Shown piece after piece: positions 53,480 through 64,000 of a stretch of 64,000 nt of DNA. The position numbers were made by a program, and so were the translations under genes. Origin of the DNA: Chara braunii (taxonomy: Eukaryota; Plantae; Charophyceae); NCBI GenBank assembly GCA_003427395.1, contig BFEA01000010.1, positions 994,032 through 1,058,031 of the forward strand, written 5' to 3'. The first letter of the stretch is position 1; every line of letters begins with the position of its first letter. The notes beneath the pieces are model-generated. The model made no database searches, was not told the DNA's origin, and saw only the letters and a list, made by a program, of their open reading frames with translations.

Positions 53480-53860
53480 CCTGCCTCGGAAGGCCTGGTT
53501 CGGAATGTACCTCTTCGGAAAGCCCGGTTCGAATGGTACCTCTTCGAAAGGCCCGGTTCTGATGTACCTCTTTGGGAGGCCCGGTTCAGGAAAGTGTCCC
53601 TTCGGAGTCCCGGAGCTTAGAGACGGGTCCGCCACGGTCCCCAGTCCGCCATGTGCCCCCCCTGGAAGCCCAAATCTCAAAGTACCCTTTCGGAGGACCC
53701 GCTTCGGAAAGATGCCTCTTGGTAGTGCCGAAGGCTCGATGTGACCCGTCGTGGCTCCTAGACCGCTGTGCGCCCCAATGGGGAGCCCGGTTGCAAATGT
53801 GCCTGTTCAAAGGCCCGCTTCAGATTGTACCTCTTCGGAAGGCCCGCTTCAGATTGCACC
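53480..53860. repeat. ~30-bp degenerate minisatellite (GTACCTCTTCGGAAAGCCCGGTTC)
   Basis: Multiple imperfect copies are visible. Confidence 0.8.
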
Positions 53861-53981
53861 TCTTGGTGTTGGTTCCGAGGTCTTCCCCCTCAAAGTGTCT
53901 GCCCAAAGTGCCCCATCGCCGCACTCTTGAATGTGTGCTCGAGGCGCCTGTCCACCTCGTCTCGATACTGCCCGGAGAACT

Positions 53982-54245
53982 TGTTCACCGTGCCCTCGAG
54001 TAGTGAGACCAAAGTACCCGTTCACCGCACCTTGATACAGCCCGAAATGCCTGTTCACAGCGCCCTCGAGTAGTAAGCCCTAGGTACCTATTCACCATGT
54101 CCTGATACAGCCCAATATGGCTGTTCACAGCGCCCTCGAGTAGTAAGCCCTAGGTACCTGTTCATCGTGTTCTGATACAGCCCAATATGCCTGTTCACAG
54201 CGCCCCCGAGTGGTAAGCCCTAGGTACCTGTTCACCGTGTCCTTG
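53982..54245. repeat. 70-bp tandem repeat, ~3.7 copies
   Basis: GCCCTCGAGTAGT (or a close variant) at 53992, 54062, 54132, 54202. Confidence 0.9.
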
Positions 54246-55697
54246 ACTCGTGCGCCCGAAGTGCCTGGTTCTACATACCCCTTCGCATGTGAGAAAGTGT
54301 CTCTCCCGTGCCCATAGGCGCTCCGGAGGGGCGCGCCCTCGTGCGCGAGTGCCCGTTGCTGCGTCCACGTGCGCCCATGCCCGCTAGTGCTTGGGGCGGC
54401 TGCGCGTTAGTGCGCTCTTCGCTGTGAGTGCTCGGGAGGACTGCGCCCAGCCGCATCCGTGCCGGTAGGTGCTCGGGGGACCTGCGCCCTAGCGCGCCCT
54501 TGCGTAATAGGGCTTAGGGGAGGTTGCGCCCTAGTGCGAACGAGCCCTGCGCCCATGCCCCTTGATGACGCGTAGGACTGCGCGGTGTCACGCGCCTGTG
54601 CATGCGGCTTACCTGCCTGTGCGTAAGGTCGCGCGACCGTCCGCTTGGTGCATGGGAGGGGATCGTGCGCGGCTGCACGCTTGTGCGCTGGTGCGGGGGG
54701 GGGGGATCGCGTTATCGAGCGCATCGGCCCTCGCGTGAACGAGGGCCCTTCCGGCCATGTCACGCAGGAGAAAAAACAGATAACAAAAAGAGAGACAACT
54801 CCGAAGCGACGCATAATTAATCCCGCGAGCCGCCGAGACGGGTGCGAGGTCGCGTCGATCCTTCGCCACTCTAGCCGGGTGCGCCAGCTGTACATCCCAC
54901 TGTCCCCTACGACAGGATAGGTTTCCGCGGAGCATGAGCTTGTCTTCCCTAAGAGGCTGTCACCACCCTTAGGGGTGTATCCCAACCGAGCTACCGATCC
55001 ACATGCGAAAGCTTTTAAATGTTATTACAGAGGTGGATCAGCCGAGGGCGTTTGCTCGTACGCTGTAGTATAGGTATATGTGATTAAATGCCTGTTGGAC
55101 CCGGACGTCGTTCGTCACTTAGGGCACTGATCTCCTAAGGATGGAGCGTACGCCAATCGACTAGAGCGGTTTTTAATCAGGTATAAAAACAAACAATAAT
55201 TTCACCCTAGTCCCTTGCTTTCAGTTTCTACATACAAACATAGATATATTTATAGTTTAGTCAGACGAAAATCACAAAACAATACACATAAAATTATTCT
55301 TTCACTCATCCAACTTGACAATTATAACACAACTTTTTTGATAGGTTTTGGTCTGATGAAAAAAAGGTCATGCTTATGGTTTTTCTTCTCGTTGCAAGCT
55401 TATTTTATAAGTTGACGTTTAAATTTCTTTGCCTTTCAAGATCATATTTAAAACGCCTTTCGGCTTACTTTTATTGACTTTTTTCTTACCTATGTATTTA
55501 CCCCTCAATGCCAAAGCATGATAGTGAAATCATTGGGGTAGTCCGAATACCAGCCATCCGGCGGTCCTAACTACACAGAGTGTTTTGTTTTGTTTTGAGA
55601 TTACCTCGTGAAACTATAAGTTATATGGTTTCCTCAACGGGACTGAGTCCATGCGAAGTGTTTTCTAAAATCTAAGTAAGATTTCAGAAGACGACGT

Positions 55698-56249
55698 CTA
55701 ACCCTGGTAAACCTGTTGCCCACCACTCACCTGTGCCTCCAACAAATGTAAACGTGTCAGCTCGTCGTCGTCGAAAATCAGGGTAGACACTCGTCCACAT
55801 CGCATGACTCTAATGATTCGAGTATTATAGAAGGAGGTCATCCGAGAGGCTAACCTCCAAACTGTAACTCGGAGAGGTCGATTAAGCCCAAATAGGTGTC
55901 GAGTTTCTGTGTCCCGGATCCGGACGATGCCAAGACGCCTGCCGGACGAGGTAATCGTAATACTCACAATGACTCGAGAGAGACATTGGAGGTTACTCGC
56001 GCGGTGGAAATACAAAGTATATCCGTAAAGCTCGTCGGTAGTCCGAGCCGTGTTGGCTCAGAAATCCGCGCGAGTATTAGGGAAAAATCCCTCGCCATTT
56101 TGAAGCAGTCCAATGAAGCCGAACCAGTCGATAGGAGATCCATCTCGAACTCGTAAAAGTCGCACCGCACTCCTGATGAGGTCCTCCTCGTGTGTATCAC
56201 GAACCAGCAGATACCTCGGGATTGTCAGGTTTTGTCGTGCTCTAGGCAT
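55698..56249 (-). pseudogene. Orphan ORF (~183 codons, one internal TGA)
   Basis: Track ORFs 56058-56255 and 55698-56015 share a frame; starts gatatgcag|ATG. Confidence 0.55.
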
Positions 56250-56272
56250 CTGCATATCAGAACGAATCCAAA

Positions 56273-56785
56273 TTAGTCGCGTAAGAACTCCTCGAGTTCT
56301 TCAGCTTCATCTTCCAAATCATCATCATATAAAGTTTCGGCTCCTATAATAGCGAACCTATTGGCACGTATCCGCTCTGTGTAGTATATGCCAAAGAATG
56401 GATCTTGTCGCTCATTTAGCCAAAGCACGTAACAAACGAACGTTAACCTTATTTCAGGGATCTCGTCCACCCGTGGATTGAGTTCGTATGGCTGCAATAT
56501 CACCAAGTTCATATTAACGAAGTGACGTTCGGGCAATGGCGGCGCGAACTCGTAGTGAATAGCATCCAAGTCGGCCGGTCTCCTGAAAATAAGCCGTCTA
56601 AGGGGTCTCTGCGCACTGCCATCCCAAAACCGCGGAACGTCCTCCTCTTAGTACAACTCTGAAGGGTTATAAACAAGTCGGTCTATCCTTTCTACTCTTT
56701 CTCTATTACGCCTTTGGATTTCGACCCTTTCAGCCGCCGAATCGTGGTCGTAGAAAAGGAACAAGTCCATGGATCCCGTAGCCAT
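56273..56785 (-). pseudogene. Orphan ORF (~170 codons, one internal TAA), acidic C-terminus
   Basis: MATGSMDLFLFYDHD... in frame with 56273-56569; starts ttgttttag|ATG. Confidence 0.55.
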
Positions 56786-56802
56786 CTAAAACAAAGTATC
56801 AC

Positions 56803-57204
56803 TTAAAACATTTGTCTGCCTTCTGGCACGTGCTTCTTATGGCATGGCCAGCCACGTCTGGAGTGTCTAAATACAACCCGTTTGGCTAGTAGGACACGAA
56901 CTGGGTTGATTGTGGCACCAGTTCCCCATACGTCAGTGGCTCCTAAAATGACCACCAAAGGAATGCTATGACAGTTCCTCCTTACGTAAGGCTCCAAGAA
57001 CCTTAAGTCCGTCCGTGCAGACACTTTTGTCCATCCCCCTGGGAGGTGGTCTGGGATACTCCTCCTCGCCCGAGCACAAAACTCGGATCTCAGAAGTCGG
57101 GCCGTCTCCACCGAATCGGCATAGTACCCCCCCGCAAAACGGTCCACTCTGAGTCGATAACAGGGCCGGCGCCTAAGGCAACGAACCCCCGCCCTAGATG
57201 CCTC
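56803..57204 (-). CDS. Orphan ORF (~133 codons)
   Basis: Open from the acceptor tttttcctttcttctag| at 57204 to TAA at 56803; start codon unresolved. Confidence 0.45.
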   Translation of the reverse strand, partial: EASRAGVRCLRRRPCYRLRVDRFAGGYYADSVETARLLRSEFCARARRSIPDHLPGGWTKVSARTDLRFLEPYVRRNCHSIPLVVILGATDVWGTGATINPVRVLLAKRVVFRHSRRGWPCHKKHVPEGRQMF

Positions 57205-57438
57205 CTAGAAGAAAGGAAAAATACCTACCCTGCGGACGAGCAAATTCTTGCCGCATGACGTCAAGAGTAACTTAGACGAAGAAAGAGGAAGTCGTAGAAA
57301 AATAGATTCATTCAGACTGACAGGTATAAATGGAAGAGGGTCATTCGGAAAAAGAATGGGTAACCTCAGGGATAAGACTAAATCAAGATGAATCTCTCTT
57401 TCTTAGGCTCGCTTCGTTCTCGTCGTCTTCTATCTCTT

Positions 57439-57452
57439 CTATTTATATATAG
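57439..57452 (-). promoter_or_regulatory. Candidate TATA box for the ORF cassette
   Basis: CTATATATAAATAG on the minus strand, ~75 nt upstream of a candidate donor GAG|GTTACC at 57365. Confidence 0.45.
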
Positions 57453-58059
57453 AATACAAGCACAGAGAAAAAAATTCAATCATTCTTTCACCGTCATCAC
57501 CATCATCCATTTCAGTCCACACGCCGTACCTGCAGTCAAAACCCAACGACACACAGACCACCATGCAATCCTTTTCCATTGTCAGACTCCCAGTCACGCA
57601 CGCAAACACACACATTCTGTACCCTTTTTTTTTCAATGAACATTCAGTGAAAACAGGTCAAAGCAAGTGTGGGTTCATTCAGGAAAACTGAGTCAATTTA
57701 ACTGACCTTGAGTGAAGTTTTAACGGTATACCCAAGAAGACCGTATAAATTTTACGCTCTCCTAACGAGACGGTTGTGGTACCCAGTCACCAAAGTGATC
57801 GACACCACTCCCTTGTTACAACGCCTCCCAAAGCACCCTCTCAGCATTCAATCACTTTCCACTAATCCAGGCGGCGTTTTCTAGTTACCGCCACTTGCGT
57901 CCAAAGTACGGTGTCTCCCCTGCGTCACCCTCACGCCACTTCAAAATGAAATTACCGCTTTGACGCACCTCCTCTGTGTCAACGTCTCACCTCCACCTAG
58001 TGCACTGATACTGTCGTAACTGTCGTAAAGTAGCGCCGCCACTTGTAAGAATATGATAC

Positions 58060-58420
58060 TGACGCCGCTAAAAATTTCAGCAGCGCTCCCGCACTACCGC
58101 CGTAAAAAATCGAAGTTGCTGCCGTAAAAATTCGGCAGCGCTTCTGCACCACCGCTGAAAAAAACGGAGTTGCCGCCGTAAAAATCCGGCAGCGCTTCCG
58201 CACCACTGCTGAAAAAAAACGTGCCGCCGCAGCAGAATTTCGGCAGTACTTCGGTACATCCGCAGTAAAAGCACGTGCCGCGGAAACAGAATTTCGGCAG
58301 CACTTCCGTATTACCGCAGTGAAACCACGTGCCGCCGCAGCAGAATTTTAGCAGCACTTCCGTACTATCGCAGTAAGACCCGGGGCCGCCGCTGTAGAAT
58401 TTTGACAGCACTTCCCCACT
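58060..58420. repeat. Degenerate 50-60-bp tandem repeats (GCCGCCG...AATTTCGGCAGCACTTCCG)
   Basis: About 6-7 imperfect copies; resembles a subterminal repeat array of a DNA transposon. Confidence 0.8.
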
Positions 58421-59862
58421 ATAGTGGGAAAATTGCAAGCCAAAATTAGTAGAATTTAGCCCCCAGGCCCAAATCCCATAGCGCCGCACTGCCGCAGTCC
58501 CGCAGTACTACTGGGCCTGTCCCGTGGGACCAGCACCAGCTAGAGGTGAGGGGAGCAGAGTGCTTCCTGCCTTGGCTATGACTGCCTAGTCCTCCTCCTT
58601 GCGCTCCTCTGCATTCCTCTAGCCTTTCCTCTCGTTGCCTCAGGCAGCAGTTCTAGCAGCCAGCACTCAAGTGTGCTCGTCACACACTAGCAGCACGAGT
58701 GCAATTGTGTGGCAGCTGGGAGGCAGCTGCCTTTTTTATATTGGCTGAGGAGGGCTGGACGTCACTCCAGCCCCGAGGAAAAATCGCGGGCTCACTGTGA
58801 GCCCTTGATCTGCCAAGATCCAGGGCTGACTGTGGTCGCACCACAGCCACAACCTTAGTGTGGGGCAGTTTCTTTAACTGCCCTATTTTATTCTTCTCTT
58901 TCTTTTTCCCAGCTATCTCGGAATCTGGCAAGATAGCTGGCCTCCTGCCATTTCCAAATCCGTTTTTCTTTTATTTTTCTGATAAAGGGTTGAAAAGATA
59001 CAACCTTTTTCAGTTTGATATATCTGGACCCTTTTTCCAGGGTAGATACATCGAGGAAAAGGCTGTATCTAGCCTTTTCCTTATTGACCCTTTAATTTCT
59101 AGGCTCCCTGCAAAAACTTGAGCCTGACAGTTACTTCTGGCAGCTTGTGCCAAGCACCACGTGAGGACAAGTGTCCTCACTCAAAATAGAGAAAAGAAAA
59201 GAAAAAAAACTAACTTTCTAATTTTTGCTGCACCTGGCTTCTTCCTTGGCCAGGTGCATGCTGTTGCATGCAACAACCCTCCCTTACTTTCCTCTGCCCT
59301 TCCCTAAAAACGGGGAGGGCAATTGACAGGTTGGGAGGAGTAGGACCTCCCCCTCCCAACTCTCACGTTGTCCTCCCTTTCTCTTCTTCCACGCGAGTAC
59401 TGTGGGCCGTCAGATTCAAGATCTCGCGGCCACAGTAAGTTGGTAAAAAAAAACGAAGTGGGAGCTTTCGTGCTCCCACACAGTCCCAAAGACTGTTTTC
59501 TTCACCTACCACGAGGCAGCTGCCTTGGTTCGTTTTTCTCTTTCTGTTTTTTTTTTTTTTTTTTTTTACAGTTTTTAGTTTTTCTTCGTTTTCTCCCTCT
59601 CCCCGTTTTCCTGTCTGGTTGGGCCTCAACAACTATGGATTGGTAAGGTGGGGAGAAAACCAAAAAAAAACTTAGTAAAAAAACTACAATTAATGCCCAG
59701 AACGGGCGTCTGTATACCCCCATAATCTGGGGGTAGATTCATTCAATGTTGCTTACAAGATAGGTAGGCAGGTAGCTCTCTCCCTCTCTCTCTCTCTCTC
59801 TCTCTTTCTCTCTGTACCTGGTCGTTATCGGCGCCAGATTCAGGCGCAGAAGCTGTTGTCCT

Positions 59863-59915
59863 GACTGTCGAGGCTCAGCCTCCTGATGAGTTGGTGAGAC
59901 TCCAACAAAACAGTC
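59863..59915 (+). ncRNA. Type III hammerhead ribozyme (G12 to A mutant, probably inactive)
   Basis: GACTGTC^GAGGC-TCA-GCCTC-CTGATGA-GTTGG-TGAGACT-CCAAC-AAAA-CAGTC: all three stems pair, GUC cleavage triplet, CUGAUGA core. The sister copy at 39859-39896 keeps GAAA. Confidence 0.85.
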
Positions 59916-60338
59916 TGGCACAGTCCCTTTTTGCCTCGTTCGTTTGAAACGAACGGGCGCTTGGTGTCTCGCAAAACGACGAGGCACCAAAAAGAAAAGA
60001 AAAAAAGAAAAAAAGAAAGAAAGAAAAAAAATCTAAACAAAATCTAAGAAAAAATATCTAACAAAAATCTAAAAACAAATAAAAAGAAACAACTTACCTG
60101 AATCTGGCAGCCCGTTTTCAACGGGCGCCTGTTTCATCGTCGGGGATACTAAGTCCCCATTACTCGTCTGGGCGCCATCTGTCGCGCCGCAGTCCATTCA
60201 ATTTTAGTTTTAGTTTATATGTATATATATATATATTTTTAGGTTTCCCGTTGGCTTATGCCAACAGTCGTGCTGCGTTCGTGGGTTCACCCATGAACTG
60301 TTGAAATGCAGATCCGAGTTCGAGTCCAGTGGGACTCG

Positions 60339-60403
60339 AAAAAAAAAATTGGACTATTTCTCGATTTATGCGTGTCATCCTTGCGTAGGGGCCATGCTAA
60401 TCT
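60339..60403 (-). pseudogene. U6: U6 snRNA gene, 3' half only, with T10 Pol III terminator
   Basis: Minus strand AGATTAGCATGGCCCCTACGCAAGGATGACACGCATAAATCGAGAAATAGTCCAATTTTTTTTTT matches the plant U6 3' half with ~2 G-to-A changes; ACAGAGA box and 5' stem are absent. Confidence 0.93.
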
Positions 60404-62123
60404 CGCGCGACCGATCTGGACCGCGCGATCTTCCAGATCGGGCGGCCAAGGTCGACCGCGCCTCTAAAAAAAACGGGCAGCTCCAAAAGGAGCTTGCCCT
60501 GCGGCACCATGAGTAAGATTCGATCCCCATATCAGCAGAATGAGAGTCATGTATCGGTACCTACTGCGCTAGGTCCTGTTCCACGCTGAACAGGAGCAGC
60601 TTATCAATATGAAGAGCTTGCCCAGATACCTTTCCTGCCTGCGGCCTTTCAGGTGCCGGCTGCTTGTGGCCTAGCAGGCCTGCCCCGACTGTGGCTTAGC
60701 AGGGCTGCCCTGCCTGTGGCCTGCCGGCTTACCTGCCCGTGGCCTACCCATACCGGTGTGGCCGCGGTTGGGTCGGCCATCGAACCGGGTAAGTCTTGGC
60801 ATTGGCCGATCGGCCCCAAGGCTTGACGTCAAACCCCGCGGCCTGCGCCGCGGCCCTATACCCCTCGCAATCCTCTTTTTAGCCCACTTTAGTCCTGAAT
60901 CGCGCGGCTTAGCAGAGCGGTTGCGCGGCTGCGCGCCTGCGCGCTGGTGCGCGGGGGGGGTCGCGCACGGCTACGCGCCTGTGCGCGCCCGTCCGCTGGT
61001 GCGAGGGGGGAGTTGCGCGCAACTGCGCGCCTGTGCACGCCCGTCCGCTGGTGCGCTGCTGCACACGCGTGTGCCCGTGCGTTCGTGTGTCTGTGCGCGC
61101 TGCGCGCGCTTGCACGTTTGTGAGCGGTGGGGCGCGCGTGTGTTATAACCCAGGCACGTGCCTTCACGTACGTGGTGGAGCGTGGAGTTGTCCTTCTGCC
61201 ATCTCCCGTCCACCCTTCCCTTCCCCTGTGCGTGTTACCTCTCGTCTTACTCGCGCGTTGTCTTTCCCGTGCGTGTGTCCATCCGTCGGTTCCTCCGTGC
61301 GTGTTGTCGTGCGCCCGCTCATTCGTGCGTCTCCAACTCGTGCATGCGAGAAGTGTCCCGGATCTGGGCCCGGTTTGGCTTAAATGCTCTGCCGAGCCTC
61401 CTTCAAGGAATGAGCCTCGGCCCTTGTGTGCACCGGGGCTGCCAACAACTTGCAGCGCCCCGGTACCGCGCCTGTGCCCGAGCCTGTTTGGGCCCTCGAA
61501 AAGCTCCTGACGAAAAGGGCCTCCCTGTCGGGAACCGGACCCTTTGCAGCGCCCTGGTACCGAGGCTATTCCCGAGCCTGTCCCAGGCCTATTCGGGCCT
61601 AGGCGGTCCCCATGTCCTAATGGTACCGCTTCTTGAAGAAAAATCGATCAGGGCCCCGTCGGAAAAACTGGTCCCACCCTTCGTCTTATGTTGTCCGGGC
61701 CCCCTCCAGTCTCGAGTGTCGGCCCCCGGTCTTTGTAGTGCCAATCCGTCGTATGGTTGGTAAATGTCGGTATCCCCCCTGTTCGTAGCGTCGATCCGCC
61801 GCATGGTCGGTGAGCCCCGGTCAGGTAGGATATTGTCAAGCAAGGATCTTGTCACGCGCCCTTGCAAAGGAAGTAAAGGGCGGCGTAGGGTTGGAGCCGC
61901 CCGACAACGTGAGACCTGTGTATAAATGATCCCTTGTGTTGCTTGGTTACTTAAATATGTCTTGAGTTACTTGGATCCCTCCTATTTGAGGGGATTGATT
62001 ACATCCTGACCAAGACTGTTTCAATTTTAGCTCTGGTCAGGGAGAGCACGAATTTTGTGTGTGATACTACTGCCAGTTTGAGTTGAGATTATTCAGCTCT
62101 ATGTGTATATATGCAATTCAAGA

Positions 62124-63110
62124 CTATATTGGTTCGCTTTTGAGTTGGGGTATTATGCCCCTTAATATATATTGAGTTGAGAGTTTATCTAAAATTTTTT
62201 CCCTGTATATGACGATCACAATCACTCTCACATGTGTGGTTTTATCCTGATGTTTGTGTGAGAGATGTATGGGAGACATCTCGTGTGCTGTGTATTTTGT
62301 GAATGTGAATGGATGCAAACTGTCCACTCTTCGATATACTTGTGCAATCTGCCACCGAGCAGGTGATAGGGCCGGGTATGAGAAGAGGGGGTGCAGTTTG
62401 TTTTTGTGAAAGATTGTGAGAATCCTAAGGGATTTATGAGTCTTTGAGACTCGAATGCTTGCCATGCCAAATGTTTATTGTTGAGTTGTGATGAGGACCC
62501 ATAAGTTGGTCTCTCAGTTTGAGTTGTTTTATGGTATAGATGCCTTTTGTGAGAAGGCAGTCTTTGGCTTATTGGAAGACTCATCTTCAGAGAGGGAAGA
62601 TGTTTTAATAAAAGGTCGTGTGAAAGTTCATACCAGAGAGAGAGGGATGGCTGAGAGACCTATTGAGTGAGACCTTCCTCGTATAAAGGGTGGTTAATGG
62701 ATTCCATGGCATGGTAAGTTGGTTTTGGATGATAAAGTCTGACGCGGAGGACCACGTTTTTGCTTGGCAATTGGTGAAATTTCTGTAAAAGTCGCAAAAA
62801 GTTTCATTGGGGAATGTCTTCAGGATGTGTGGTCTTCTTGCTCTGATCAGGTGAGGGGGCCACGACCTTGTGGATCTGGCAGTGATTCTGTTTTGTGATA
62901 GTGGAGAGGCTGCCCTGCTCTCTCTGTGTTGTCCCACAGAGGGCTGGTAAATGTCTTTTATGTGTGACAAACCTTTCCGTAGTCCCGCAGTAGGCCTGTA
63001 TTGTTGCGATACACCGTCCAGCCACTTGTGCTAATCTTGGGGCATTTATGAGACGGGGACGTCTCTTAATATGGTCCGGTAAGCTGTCGGTGCGAATACC
63101 CTTACATGGG
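62124..63110 (-). pseudogene. Degenerate orphan ORF cluster
   Basis: Track ORFs 62124-62465 and 62605-62970; same placement relative to GC-rich repeats as the 55698-57204 cassette. Confidence 0.35.
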
Positions 63111-64000
63111 TATCCGCCCTGGTTTTCGCAAACTAAAAAAAATAAGTTTGGTTTAAAAAGTTAAGCATACCGCGCGAGGCGCGGCTGTGCCTATGGTTTA
63201 TGTTGACTGGACGATTGACTAGATTAGAGAGTGTGTGAGCGCAAAGGTTTGAGGCGCACGTGATCTTTTTTTCTTTTGATGGTTGTGGAGACCGGCGTTG
63301 TCCGCCGGCCAAATTTATTATTTTCTGATTAAACTATGATTAAAAAAAGTTTTGTCTTTGGATTGGTGCACTTGTCTTTGACTTGTGCGTAAGTATGAAT
63401 TACGGCATTGACAACCATGTGATTTCGAGATCGTTTTTCGTAGGTCTGCGCGTCGCGCAGTATTGGTTTACTTTAGGTGTCCGTTAGAGCTAGACCAAGG
63501 ACTTGGGCCCAACACTAACGGTTGTGGTGTCAGATCTCCGTCGAAGAGACTCAGGGATTGAGACCGAGCACCGACGATACAGGTATCAGAGTGGCGCGAA
63601 GGGGACCGAGGGGTCGGCGGCCCGGTGGGGCTATCCCCCTTGATTTTGCTGTCCGCGGCGTCCGGTCGGTGGTGGTATTTTCTAGATAATTCCTTTTAGC
63701 ACCATGTTGCTGTTCTTTTATTTTTTTATGCTCTGGCGTGCCGTTGACCTGGACGCAACGCCGGACTTAATGGTCACTACGACGTGGTAATGCTAGATGT
63801 ATATGACCTGCGTTTCGGGTCCGATAAGGTTGTGCAGGGGTGGCTGTATTCGCGGGAAACGCCGTAACAGCCACGCTCAGGCCCAAGCCTCCGGCAAGGG
63901 AACGCGCGGGAGCCGCACTAGCCAGCAGGTGCGATGCCTGCTACGGCAGGTGGACGGTACCGGCCAGGGGTCAGCCGATAACATCATGGTCGGGCCTCTC

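Noticed and set aside
57995-58700. CACTA element suggested by the repeat array and nearby TAGTG/CACTA words
   Set aside because: No matching pair of TIRs with a 3-bp TSD could be identified.
58745-58785. CTGAGGA followed by an 8-bp hairpin (also CTGATGA at 56173 and on the minus strand at 23554)
   Set aside because: GAAA does not directly follow the stem and stems I/III are missing.
63572-63592. ACGATACAG (U6-like 9-mer) overlapping GGTATCAGAG (tRNA-iMet PBS-like)
   Set aside because: Short imperfect matches; wrong strand for the U6 5' half, and the PBS lacks its 5' T and a confirmed LTR.

Overview
Eukaryotic, repeat-rich genomic DNA with spliceosomal introns, (GA)n/(CA)n microsatellites and three N gaps. 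The U6 fragment and the TNO1-like gene indicate a green plant; the TE style suggests a charophyte such as Chara, which is an inference. Left to right: (1) A decayed Ty3/Gypsy chromovirus-like LTR retrotransposon (+, 1..~7440), lying antisense inside an intron of (2) a giant coiled-coil golgin-like host gene (TNO1/AT4G31570 family, minus strand, coding exons 21441-21491, 17740-18516 and a 9.6-kb exon 7808-17453). (3) An AT-rich decayed Helitron2/Helentron-type rolling-circle element (minus) with Rep, PIF1 helicase, a C-terminal Ulp1/C48 SUMO-protease domain and an upstream orphan ORF split by a hAT MITE. (4) A 166-bp foldback and a partial hammerhead ribozyme in a (TC)n-flanked segment. (5) An L1/Tx1-clade LINE broken at the start of RT. 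(6) A large unclassified region with three minus-strand cassettes of tightly packed orphan ORFs, several beginning at AG|ATG, separated by GC-rich minisatellites. (7) A complete-fold type III hammerhead ribozyme (59863-59915) in a structured module and the 3' half of a U6 snRNA gene cut next to a hairpin. The best candidates for novelty are the hammerhead-bearing element family, the compact ORF cassettes, the U6 break and the Ulp1-carrying Helitron.
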